DNA of 63,759 nucleotides, filler included. It is 14 parts of 14 records of this genome, joined end to end, with 100 filler letters (N's around TTAATTAATTAA, not from the genome) between each part and the next. Parts side by side here need not be neighbours in the genome. Positions count along the whole stretch, not along the records: positions 13,054 to 23,667 come from SRR15195285_1030; positions 23,768 to 27,597 come from SRR15195285_1032; positions 27,698 to 32,339 come from SRR15195285_1033; 11 more parts are not named here. One strand, written 5' to 3'. Below are positions 20,473-32,439 of this stretch, in pieces (the stretch's first letter is position 1; every line of letters begins with the position of its first letter). The position numbers and the translations under genes are program-made. The notes beneath the pieces are model-generated. The model did no database searches and had not been told where the DNA came from. It saw nothing but the letters and a program-made list of their open reading frames with translations.

Positions 20473-20883
20473 ATGGCGGGTTTGGGCGTGTGGGAGGTTG
20501 CGTCCCGCATAGTCTTGCCCACTGCATAGCCCACCATCATTGGAGCTCCGTAGAGCCCGCGCACGTGTTTTGGGATATGATGAGGCATGAAAATCTATCT
20601 GAGTCTTGTAAGAAAATCGCGATGCGAGTTGATGTTGCGCTGAATTGGAACGGAGTCTCCTCTCTTGCTGACCCTGCATCCGCGGCAAGGTTGCTTTCAT
20701 GAGAAAATGATTGAATCTCTCCCATGGCCTGGGGAAAACCATTGGCTGCAGGCACACGACTAGGAGACAAGCGTCGCGAGGTATCCAAGTAGCAAATGAA
20801 CACGCGTGCGCTTGTACTTGCGGACGTGAGAACAAGTTACTGCTTGACTACAATCATGCACGTCCGCGTTAGCGTATCGTATG

Positions 20884-23584
20884 TCAATGGACATCCCGTA
20901 CGATCTTGCGTGCGATAGCTTCCCACGCCTTCCGCTCGCGTGGCGAACACCCTGCCCCATTGATCCACCCAGCCTCGCCGCCGCCACTACACGCATAAAA
21001 ATAAGGCGCCAGCCCGATCAGTTGCGGTTCGGACGAAGCCCATTCCATTGTCGCTGCTGCCCAGCGCGCTATACCTCTTGCGCAATCGATGTCGCCACAC
21101 CAAGCCTTGGCTGAACAATTGAACTTCTTGTCGGTGCAGTTTGCGTGAGTGGTAGTGTTACTGACTGTGTAGCCCGGCGGGATATATAGAGCGCGTTGCG
21201 CCGCAGACATCCGTGGGAAGACCTGTGAACGGTACAGGGCTGCAACTGTGTCCACATCCTTGGCGTGATTTGGGTACCTATCACATACGAACGTATGTGC
21301 ACGCACACGTGAACACGACGTCGATAGTATAGTACGCTGTGATGACAAACACACGCGAGTTTCCCGCAAAAACAAAGAAATGTGAGTTCTTACATGTCGA
21401 TCGAAATCCAGTCGAGCGACGGTGGCACCATTTGAAGCTGGTAGTGCTCAGGGTTTGAAAACACAGTCCACGCCTCGTTGTACCACACAATAGACTGTGG
21501 CAACGCTCGTTTAATCCTGGCTGCAACCATCTCGATCGTTCCCGCCGATACCCCACCAAAGATAAGCTCGTCACCCAGCCAAAACCCGGAAACTGTGCCG
21601 TTTTTCAGAAATGGGGCCCATCTTGCAGAGGCCGCGTGCCAGGAAGCATTCCAGCCAGGCTTGAGCACCACGGGCTTCGATTTCGTCTCGAAGAACAGGT
21701 GCTTTAAGTTGACCAGTACGGTCGCGCCGAGGGAATGAGCTACGATTATGCTCTCTGGATCATGAAGCTCGAACGCGAGATTGAATTGCTCTGCATTTGC
21801 CTTCATGTCTGCAGTATCTGTCAATGAATACCATCCAAAATACCGCAAGTAGTTTCGGCTGCTGGTGTTGCTGGTGTTGCTGGTGTTGCTGCCGCCGCCG
21901 CCGCCGCCGCCGCCACTGATACTGCGCACCGTTGACCGCACCACCGTTGCTTGAACAATCAAAATTGCGTCTTGGTCATCTGTAGCGGGCACATGTAGAG
22001 AGACTGCTGCTCCTGCTGCTCGCACCGTTATTGGGTTGCCAACAGCGCTGCCATTGGTGGGTGAGAGCCACGTGACTGTGTAGCTGCTGCCTCTGGGAAG
22101 CGAAACCATTGCGTTGGAAATAGCTGTAGAGTTTGCAAGATAACACACGGCCACAGTGGGGAGTGCACTAAGACACGGCTGGGTGGTACCAGTATCGGCT
22201 GCCAACATCTGTGGCTGCGGTGTCGCGGAGCTTAGGGAGGCAATCAGCCCATAACGCCTCCAGGACGCGTCGCATTGTTGCAACAAGTCGAAACGGCGCT
22301 GCACTGTCCGCTGCATCTTCGATGTGGAAGTGACCACCAGAGGTGACAATCGTCCAGCACATCCGTCGTAGCTCCAGCGAATCGACGACACCGTTGCCCA
22401 TTTCATCCACGTTCACTGGGCGTTTGTATTGCAAGTGCGCACCGATGTAAGTCGATGCCGCTGCCACCTCCGAGAACCCGGTCTTCCCGAGGTGCTTATT
22501 CACCAGGTCTACTGCGGACGAGGTGTAGAACGACTCCTCATCACCAGTAATGGAAGAATAGGTCACAAGCCGGTCTAACCGAAGTTCTTTTAGCAAGTTT
22601 TTGACGAACATACCCCAGTATGTGCCAAAGGAACTGTTTGCCGGCGACTGCATGTGCTCATTTTCCACCTCGTACACCACGTTATATCGCGCGGTTTCTC
22701 TCACAAGCCGTTCGGCGTAGCGAGCCTGGTAGTATCGCAAACGCGGCGATGCGGCCCAGTGATAAAACGCAGGGACCCCAGAACCAGCAGACCCGGGGGG
22801 CATCTCGAGACTGTTGATGTTGCAATCTCCGCACCATGGATTATGCGAGTACGCGGTGCCATCAGTAAGTCCACATCGGTCGAAGAGCATGACTTCAGAC
22901 GTTATATTCAGCGCGCTTGCGGTGGCGATGGAATCTGTCAGCCGGGTCCAGTACGTTTCGTTCCACACAGACAAGTTCAGCTTGCCGCCCTCGCCCGCCC
23001 GTTGCCACGGCCACATCGCATCTGGGTCCCACGGGAGGAAATGCCACACTCGCGCGTAGCTGACGCCGTTCTGGTGCAACTGCTGTATCTGGGCGGTGTA
23101 GTTACCGAGGTTCTTGCCAGTGGCAGAGTCCACGCCAGTTGTCGTGGGCACGATGGCGCCGTGCGACGCCAGAAGCACTGCGCGACGAGTGTTCGCGTCC
23201 TGGAAGTAGTGAGCGTTGCTCGGATGGATCCGAAGGAAGGAGTGGACCTCGGCTGCGGCACTACCTGCTCCGTTCAATAGCGGTACCACAAACAGCTGCT
23301 GAGTTCTGCATTCTAGAATTGCTGCTGCTACTAGGCAAGACAGATCAAGTTTGGCTCACTGGGTGTTTGCACTACAGTAATCGATGTGACATGGAGGTAG
23401 TACCAGTTGGTGTCACGGCAGAATAAGACGCCGGGGCAGCAGCACTGCCGGTGCTGGGTGAGGCGGGTGCTGCCCTCCTCAGTGTACCTCCAGAAAAACT
23501 TGGTCGTACATATACGGCAGCGCAGAGCAGCAGCAGTAGCAGCATTAACAGCCGCTGGCAGATCGCGAGCAGGGCGCGGGTCAT
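20884..23584 (-). CDS. Secreted glycoside-hydrolase-like protein with two TIM-barrel-like modules (clan GH-A/GH5-DUF4038-like, a beta-sandwich, then a second barrel)
   Basis: Signal-like MTRALLAICQRLLMLLLLLLCAAV. LRIHPSNAHYFQD, YEVENEH (acid/base) and PVNVDEMG (nucleophile); YTVTWLSPTNG sandwich; second module GFWLGDEL, WYNEA, DWISIDM|YPNH (intron ~21395-21280). The junctions near 23300-23400 and 22200-22270 are uncertain. Confidence 0.65.
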
Positions 23585-24016
23585 CGCCAGCCCTCCCGGC
23601 GTGCGATGCCCGATGCGTCCGTCGCCGGGCCTCACTGGGGGGTCAGACTGTGGGCCACTGGAAGGGTNNNNNNNNNNNNNNNNNNNNNNNNNNNNNNNNN
23701 NNNNNNNNNNNTTAATTAATTAANNNNNNNNNNNNNNNNNNNNNNNNNNNNNNNNNNNNNNNNNNNNAGCCACGAGAGTACCTACGCTGATACATCTGTA
23801 GTCAACATGAGTCTCTGTATATCGGTACCAATCTGGGCACTGAAAACTTAAGGATTCCCATTTGGGTACTTACGATATATCGAATTCGAATATATATATA
23901 CGCCGCGCTACTACTACTACTACTACCCGCTAGACCCGGTATATGTAGTGCAATCAGCGACAGCAGGCGTGGCCCACCTGCTACATGTAGAAGAGGCGGC
24001 CGGGATCTGCCAACGG

Positions 24017-24481
24017 ATGCCGCTGGCCAGACCGGTCGTAGTCGTCAGCCTGGTCGGCGCCCCGGCGCAGCCCGCGCTGTCTCTCGCCTACCAGCTGAAG
24101 ACAGCGCTGCAGCTACAGCAGACGCCACGGGTGCTCCGGCAGCGTGGCGAGGTTGTGGACATGGTGACGTTGGACGGGGATGATGCCGACACCTTGCAGC
24201 GCTCAGAGTGCGTGGCTTGTACGCTGTTTGGGGTGTCGGTCGGGGTTAGAGTACAGCAGGTTGCGCGCCCTGTGCGACAAGGCGCACTGCGAAAGCCATC
24301 GGCGATAGAGGCGAAGGCCGCTGCTGCTACGCCGACTGCAAACCGCACCGGTGAGACAGGCGCCGACTGCGATTGGTCGTCGGAGGATGACAATTGGATT
24401 CCCGACGCGTGGCGCCACATTGACTGCGAGGAACATGCGCGAAAAGCCAACGGTGGGCAACCAATTACACTGCGAGGTTGA
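24017..24481 (+). CDS. Hypothetical protein
   Basis: Open frame from ATG 24017 with coding-like composition after an AT-rich upstream region. No motif recognised. Confidence 0.35.
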   Translation: MPLARPVVVVSLVGAPAQPALSLAYQLKTALQLQQTPRVLRQRGEVVDMVTLDGDDADTLQRSECVACTLFGVSVGVRVQQVARPVRQGALRKPSAIEAKAAAATPTANRTGETGADCDWSSEDDNWIPDAWRHIDCEEHARKANGGQPITLRG

Positions 24482-24746
24482 TCGCCGCAGGTGCAGGCGT
24501 CGTCGCCACCGCCAGGAGCACCATAATCGGCCTACTAGTAATCTGTGGGGAAATCATATGTACCAGACTGTGACGGTCCAGATCGAACAATCCATCGACT
24601 GGACCCGAGCTGGACGCCCGCGTGTACAATCATGACAACGTTTTGCTCCTAGTACTGCACACTGCTCTAATCATCATCCGATCTCTCGGGCAAAACCAAC
24701 TCTAATGCTGGCGAAGGGTATGCTGTGATACTCAAGTCCATCGTTG

Positions 24747-27439
24747 CTATCGATTCGTGGCGCCCATACAAGGCTCCCTGCCTACCATCTGCGCCAACGA
24801 CGCTTGAACTGTGCGATCACCTCCCTCGCCCGCTGAGCTGCTGATACTTGTAGCTGCACGTGCAGCCAGCACATTCCCACAAACCACCTGCTCTGGCGGC
24901 TCGCCACGGATGCCTTCGACAATGGCACTAAGAAACTCGCGGATGTATGCACCTGCTGCTTCCTTCTCGGCAGCCTTCTGTTTCACAGTTAGACCGCGCC
25001 AGTATGCACGATAAGCCTCCGAACATTTACCCACACGAGCCGCTGCAGCCTCTGCTACCTCCTCCTCGCGCGCAGCTGCTGCACCTCGATTGTTGCCAGC
25101 AGCGTGTGGATCTATAGACGCTTTTGTAGTCTCCAACGACAAAATATCCCACCATTTCTTGTTCCTGTCTTCTGTTCCTTCTCTTACTTCCGCACCAGCT
25201 TGAGCGGCCATCATCTCAAGATCCAGCCCTTGTGCGGTGTAGTAGCTTCGGCTCCGCTCGTACGGTTGAATGCGTTGCAGCAGCCGCGTGTCACGTGTGT
25301 ATCTTGCCACGAGCCGCTCTTTACGCTCAACAATCGTCTCGTCGTCGTGCACACGGACGATGGTGGAGGACGCGACGAGTGGCCGTTGGCTTTTTTTTGC
25401 GCTGCCTAGCATCCATTCTCGACCTTCACTGATGCCTGCAAGCTGGCATAGCGAATCCAACACGTTCTTTAGCAATGATTCAAACGACACTGCAGAGGAT
25501 CCTTGTCCTATATCCCTACGGAGTGCGTTGTCTAAATGTCACTAGATCCAAGCGCAGTGGTGCAGGGTCCTCTCTCACGTAGCGGTTGAAGACTGGCGCG
25601 ATATCGTGTTCTTCGATTCGGCATTCGAACACATCAAGCTTGGTCAGCACCAGCCTCATTGGCAAGCTACGCACGACATCTTAACGCCACCAAACCACCC
25701 GCCAACATCACGACACGTCAGCTAACGATTCACCTTCTGACATCACCACAAGCAAGCCATGATTGCATGATTCGTCACTGCAAACTCACCCATCGCAGAA
25801 ATCTCAGCCAGCTGATCAAGGGCTTCCTCCATGCGCTCGGTTACACAGTCGTCAGCCACAACAGCTCGGTCAATGTCAGACATGGCCACCAAACACAGCA
25901 CCAACCCTTGTGGTGTTGCGACTGGCTTGTGAACGTGCGATGGTAGTGACTGCTTGATTGAGGACAAGTGGTCCGCAAATGCAGCCACTGCGTCGTCGCG
26001 CACTTCGCGTCGTCCTCCGCCATCCCACAGTCGCGCCCGCCAGGGAGTGTGTGCTCCTGCGTTGGATGCTGCATTCATATCACCAGTGGCGGGTGGCAAG
26101 TGAACTGAAATCGTGTTGACACCCTCCGTTGGTGTATGCACTCGCAAGACAGTCTCGAGAGAGGGACGGTACTTGTCGTCGGCCAGACAATCAAACCCAA
26201 CCGTCTCCAACAGCCAGGGCAGATTCTCAGTCGACGACGGTCCAACGCCAGCATGACCAGCTAGAATGTGAGCGTGCTCGTCTCGTCGAGACCAAGCTTG
26301 CGCGATAGCGTTAGATTGTGACGACCATATGCGGTCCATCGATGCAACAGCGCGCCTCCAGTACCTGCAAAAGCAGAAGAAGAGGCACGTGTTGAAGTCC
26401 AAACCGAACCACAGAGCCTCAGAGACAACGATGGACACGGTCGAAGAAGCCCACACAGACAGTGCTTCTATAGGAACCCGGATTTTACAACCGATTGACT
26501 ACGGTGCACGCACGCCCACTTTGCTGCGTAGGCCACGTCAGTGGGATCGGACGGGCAGAGGTATCGCACGACGTCTTCGGCATCTTCATACACAGTGACC
26601 TCTTTGGCACCAACTGTTGCCTCGAGAGCTTCTTCTGTGTCGAGCATATGCACCCACAGCTTCGCCTCGGTGGAGGATCCTGTCTCGTCGCCTGCTACGC
26701 AGAGCGCAAAGGTGAGCTGCAACTCGCCACTCTCGCCACTGCCGAGCTGACATGTTTCTTCGAGGGTAGGACACTGGATGGCTCCCACATCAACTCCAAA
26801 AGCGTCTGCCAACCTGCGCGCAAGTTTGTCTGCGGCCCGTACGCGATCGCTGTCATCTCTGCTGTGAGCACAGGCAGCAATGAGCTCCGAAAGAGGATAT
26901 CGCAACCTGATCTCCACAATCCACATAAGCAGCGCGCGCAGGTCCTCCCGGTTGATGTCGTGCTGCGATCGTGGTAAATATTCATGGACGTGACGCAGCA
27001 ATGCTGCTGTGGACGTGAGGACGCTACAACGGACATCGTCTGCAGCTTTGAGCAGCTGGAGATCGGTCAAGTTGGTGCCCGAGCCATATGCGATGTTGAG
27101 CTGACGAGAAAGCACCGTCTTGCCTGCGCCGCTACACCCAGCAAGTAAGATTTGGTGCTCTGGCGCTGCCGTCGGTTCAGCCTGTTTCCTCTCGCCACCA
27201 TCGGCGCGAAGCTGATGCACCACTGCCATGAGCAGAAGGGCCGCGATGATACCACCCGCACCTGCTCCGGCATTTGAGACTTAAGTGGTCGTCACACAGA
27301 TTCCAATACAGACTCATCAGCGTGGGAAAGAGCAAAAATCGTCGGAGCAGGTACGCTGCGCCTCGTCTGCGAAGTGGAGAACCAAACAGACTGCGCTGAG
27401 GGCCAGTGCAAGCTCGAATGTGAGTGCAACCCATCCCAT
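24747..27439 (-). CDS. Divergent heterotrimeric G-protein alpha-like protein with two N-terminal TM helices and large insertions (multi-exon)
   Basis: G1 ILLAGCSGAGKT; switch I YRPSLETVLRVHTPTEG; G3 LWDGGGRR; LVAMSDID...RMEEALDQL; G4 LVLTKLDVF (~25630-25650); alpha4-like EAAGAYIREF. Exon 1 MGWVALTFELALALSAVCLVLHF is spliced to AGGIIAALLLMAVV. Confidence 0.8.
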
Positions 27440-27814
27440 ATTCAGGATGACGGCGGCTCGCGGGGACCACGCACGCCTGGTGCCGAGTTCAACCTCTGCT
27501 GGCCGCGCCGCGCCCGGCGCCGCGCCGCGCCGCCGCATACGAACCGCAGGCAGGGCGCCGCCCCGCGCGATCCGGTCTTCAAATGCATGTGCCCAGANNN
27601 NNNNNNNNNNNNNNNNNNNNNNNNNNNNNNNNNNNNNNNNNTTAATTAATTAANNNNNNNNNNNNNNNNNNNNNNNNNNNNNNNNNNNNNNNNNNNNTGG
27701 GGTGAGCCAGAAACCACTTTTTCCTTTACGCTCTAACGTGCTCTTTCGTCGGCTAGCAGCTATTCGAATCCGTGCAGGCTCTATGCGTTTTCCCAGACAT
27801 GTTCATTGCCAACG

Positions 27815-30800
27815 CTAGAATCGCAACGTATGCCGAGGCTGCTGCCGCACGCGTCCCACTGACCTGTGCTTTGATTCGTTTCGCTTCTTTTCTCTTTGAG
27901 GCTGCTGATTCTCGTCAGTCTGTGGACCCTGTTGCTGGCTGGACCTTTGCTTTGAAGTTTTTCCCTGCTTTTCTCCTCGCTGTTGATTCTCGTCCGTCTG
28001 CGGCGCCCGTTGCTGGGCGGCGAAGGCTCGCAGCCGCTTCTGCTTCTCCCACGCCTCTGCGCGCTGCAAGAATGTATCTGTAGGCTTGTCCACTGCCTTC
28101 TTGGCCGACTCGCGCCTGTCCAATGCTGCTTTCTGCTCCGCCAGCTGATTAAACGACAGTCCCACAACTTGACGTCAGCAAAGTTGTGCTTTCAGGTCTT
28201 GTAGGCCACACACTGGACTATGAGCACTACACAGTCTCCAGTTCACGCACCTCGTGCTCCCGCTGCCGCTTCTCCTTTAGCAACTGATCAGATCGCGACA
28301 GAAAATCTCCCGATGGCCGACGGCGCTGACCGTTGGATGACTCTGCAAGAATCTTCTTCGACGATTTCGGGATGGAGGGCTTCTCCCTACGCATGATCAG
28401 CCAATGAAAACCATCATCGTTGCACACCAAGTTCAATGAAAATGGTCGCGGCAATGGGAAATGTGACAATGCATTGCAGAAGGATAAAATGGACGTCGAC
28501 GCACTTGAGAACCTTGGCCTGGACTGCCCGCGAAGCCTCCTCTCTCATCTCCGAAAGCCGGTGCTTGCGAGCTTGGTCGTTCTGATCCATTTGTTCCAAA
28601 AATCGAGCTTGCGCAGCTGGTGTGCGTTTTCGCACTGGCTTGCCGCCAGGGCGACCGGAGGCGACTGTGCGGGCACGCTCCTGCTGCGCCTCCTGTTGTT
28701 TGGCAAGCCAAGCCTGTCGCCGCTGCGCATCCTCAAGTGCTCTTTCAGCGTAGCTCAGCTCCTTCGGGCTCGCGTCGAGAGCCCGCTCCTCTACCACCAT
28801 CGCCTTCGTCGCGTCTACCTGTGGTGGTGCAGGCGCAGTCGAAGGACGTCCACGGGAAGCAGAAGACGTACGGCGACCACGAGAATTCGAGCCAGCACGC
28901 GAGGAAGATGCAGGACGCCGGCGAGCATCAGGTGTCCTTGAGCGGGTGGGTCCTCGGCTGTTTGCCCGGGCCGTGGATGATGTCCGTCCGTCCGACTTTG
29001 CTGCTGGCGGAACATACCGCTGTTTGGGGGCAGAGAGCGGCCGCCGAGGCTGTTTCTGCTTTGACTTGGAGTGGTCGACATTCGCGTGAGCTGACGATGG
29101 CTCATCCATGCCACTCCGTGCACCTACTGCTATGCGTGCCGTAGCGGTCGCTGTTGCGATCGCCCTCGGTTTCCCATTTCGAGCAATTGATGCTGTCGCA
29201 ACGGTTGCGGTCGTGGTCGGTGGCGATTTGGCGACAGGAATCGCGCCGATTACTTCACGTGCTTCGCGAAGCAGCGCCGTGAAGTCGATTCCGTCGCCGT
29301 TTGCTGTGGCAACATCTACATCTGTTCCGGTTGCATCCGCAACCTTCTGCTTCAGATCGGCGTGGGTATTCTCAAGGCCGAGAAAGCTTACTAAAGAGTC
29401 CACTGCAAGTGGGGTGATGTCGTGACTGCTGACCGTAATGCCCGGACCACAGGACTGAAGCTTCGCCCCGCGGAACAGCCTCCGAAGCTCCAGATCACTA
29501 ACCAACTTGGCACTAATATGTCCGCCAATGCGCAGCGACTGTAGAAAGTCGTCAAACTGAACTTCGCCCGACGGACACGAGCGATTGAGGACTCGTCGCA
29601 GAGACTGGCGGCCCATGTCTTTCCATAGCTTACGCAGTTTGCGCTTCAGCAGGTACACGTCCGCCTCAGCCTCAGCTGCATGCTCTGGTGTTGGCATAGC
29701 GACTGTCTCTGCGGCAACCGCAGCAGCAGCCGCTGCGGCCGTCGTATCTACTGAGCTACGACGTCTTGTAGCTCGGGTTGCCTGCTTCTTCGCTGATAGC
29801 TGACTCGGTGTTGCTGCAGGGGATTGAATCGTGGAGCGGCGCAAGTCAGAAAGTTCTACCTCGCCCGCTAGCTGCCTAGCCTCCGCAACCAGCTCGCTGA
29901 AGTCAATATCCGAGCCGTGCAGCGGAGAAGATGGATCGCTGGTAGCGGCTTGCACCTGTTCGCTCGCACGCTGCATGAAACGATTCGTTTTCGACGCAAC
30001 CTTCGCCGCCGCTGCCGCTGTCTGAGACCGAGTGACGGGACCCTCAGCGACATCCGGACGTCCCAGGCTGGGCTTCACCCGCTCTTGCTTGAGCAAGACA
30101 CCGTGCCGAGCTTTGCACTTGAAGTACCGCTTTCCGTGGACCGAGCCGTCGTGTTTGCCACAAGGGTGATCCAGCTTGATGCCGGCCCACTGGCCGATTC
30201 CCAACAGTGGAGCTGGCCCAAGAAAGCATATCGTTCCTGTCTGGTGCGTCCCTTGCAGAATCACTTCGCAGTCCTCACCAACCCGCAGCGTCGCCTCACT
30301 CGGACCAGCATTCGCTTCGTCCACCTGTTCGGTTACAATTGGCTCGTCCTCATCCACTGCAACGTTCGAGGGAGAAGTTGAAGCGGCTGCTGGCATCTGA
30401 GAGTGCTGGCTGCCAAGCTTCTGAGGGCTGTGCGGGGTTGAAAACGGGCTAGCGACTCTCTGACCGGTGCCAACCAATTGTCTAGCTTCCGCCAGCAACT
30501 GCCCAAAATCGTCCCCAAAGGCACTGCACACAGCGTCACCTGGTGATTTGTCAGCCTCTTCTTCTGCAGCAGCGAAACTGTCCTCCAGTGCTGCGTGCTT
30601 TGCAGCGAAACTTTCTTCAGCCTGCTGCATTGCCTCGGCCTCGGCCATCGCAAAGCTGTCTTCCAGTGCTAAGGCAGACGTGTCGGCTTCAAGGCTGGAG
30701 CGTGCTGACTCTACTACGTCGCTGCTGCCAAAAACTGAAGCTAGAGCCAGTTGCGCGCCGATGTGGTCGCCGTCAAGCACGCACTGAGCCGCCGCCATGC

Positions 30801-32181
30801 TTGGAGAGAGACTGACGGATGAAGCGTCATGCTGATTTTCTGGCGCGGACGGTGGAACAAAAGAGTGCAGGCTGATGTCCATATGGTCTATCCGATCACC
30901 ACGCGAGTCCTCTGGAACCTGATCCATCTGCTCCTCGTCCTCCGCTTCATCATCCGCCTCCTCTTCTGCTCCCTCCCCTTCGACATCGTCCTCCATGTCG
31001 TATTCTCGAGGTGTTCCGGGCAGCATCGCGAGCGCGGCGTCAATGCTGCCGCCCCTGCGTCGACCTGCACCGGCGCGACGCACGGGTCCCACGCCTACAG
31101 GGCTGCAGCTGTCGTTGAGGAAGGACCCGCTCTGCACACTTCCGAAGCTGTCAGAGCTCCCCCGTGTGTCCCCGCAGCTCGGGGTGCCGGATTCCGGCGT
31201 GTCCTGCGCCTCAGGTGTGCTATTTGTGGGCGCAGATGGCAGTGCAGACGGCAGCGCGGCTGGCGTAGCCAAAGCGATAACTTGAAAGTCATCCAGCAAC
31301 TCCGAGAGCTCTGATTCACCGGTACCTTGACTGGGCTCGGGAGAGAACAAGATCTCCTGCGGCTCGCTCTCGATCTCGTCCGTCGCGTGGGTGTCTGGCT
31401 CGCGAGAGGCCTGCTGGATATCGGGTCGCGTCTGCTCCGCGGCGGCGCTCATATTCTGAGGCGAGCCTTCGTCTTGCGTAGTTGCAAGCTGTAATAGACG
31501 ACCCACAGTGTCCTTGCGTCGTTCCTCGATGTCTTTCGGCGAGAGAGCCATGTCATAGTCAGCAATCTCGTTCCATGTTGCGGTGTCGGGCAACCCACGC
31601 TCTCGGCAGTTCTCCAGCCGCATACGCTCCGTCGGCGATGCGTTATCATTCGCGATATCTTTCGTGACGTCACTGGTATGTGACGGCGCCGCGGCGGTGC
31701 GGGCCGGACTGAGTGCCACGAGAGATCCAGCCAGCTTCGCGCCGAGCCCGCGTAATTTCTGAGCCGAGGTCGGCGCGGACGGCGCCGTCCCCTGCGCGAC
31801 CATCTCTGCGATCTCCGCGTCGCTTAGCACCGTGGTCTGTATGCGCACATCCTGCTCACTGTGCGGCGGTGCCTCCATAGGCGTCGCCATCGGTGTCTGC
31901 GCAGGCGAGCCGAGCGGGGTGTGCATCGGCGGGGTCGGCGACGGCGCATCCCTCGCCGGCGAGCTTGCGACGATCTGGTCCACCACCGCAACCCGCTCCC
32001 GCAACACGCTCAGCGCCTGCTCCAGCGCCATAGCCGTCGCACCCACCGCCTCGTTCGGCGCACTGTCAGCAGTCGTGTCCTCAGCCAGCTCTCCCTGCGT
32101 GGCGTCGCTGGGCGCCGCCGTGCGTGGCATAGCGCCGCCTTCTGCGCGGGCGATCCTGAAAACGCCGTCCCAACGTCCCAA
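27815..32181 (-). CDS. Large low-complexity CAP-Gly domain protein (microtubule-associated)
   Basis: CAP-Gly GTICFLG...GQWAGIKLDHPCGKHDGSVHGKRYFKC at ~30290-30075. Degenerate EF-hand-like segment at ~29650-29450. 3' exons joined by introns at 28504-28387 and near 28250. Confidence 0.8.
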
Positions 32182-32439
32182 CGGTCACTCGAAGAAGAGT
32201 TCCCCCTTACGCCTTAGCGGATGTAGCTAGAGACCCGTACAGTACTGTAAAGAACCTACCTTACCCCAACCGAATTCGAGCAAAATCGAGCAAAATCACT
32301 GCAGATCACGGGAGAAGGCCTATTCCCATACAGACCGAGNNNNNNNNNNNNNNNNNNNNNNNNNNNNNNNNNNNNNNNNNNNNTTAATTAATTAANNNNN
32401 NNNNNNNNNNNNNNNNNNNNNNNNNNNNNNNNNNNNNNN

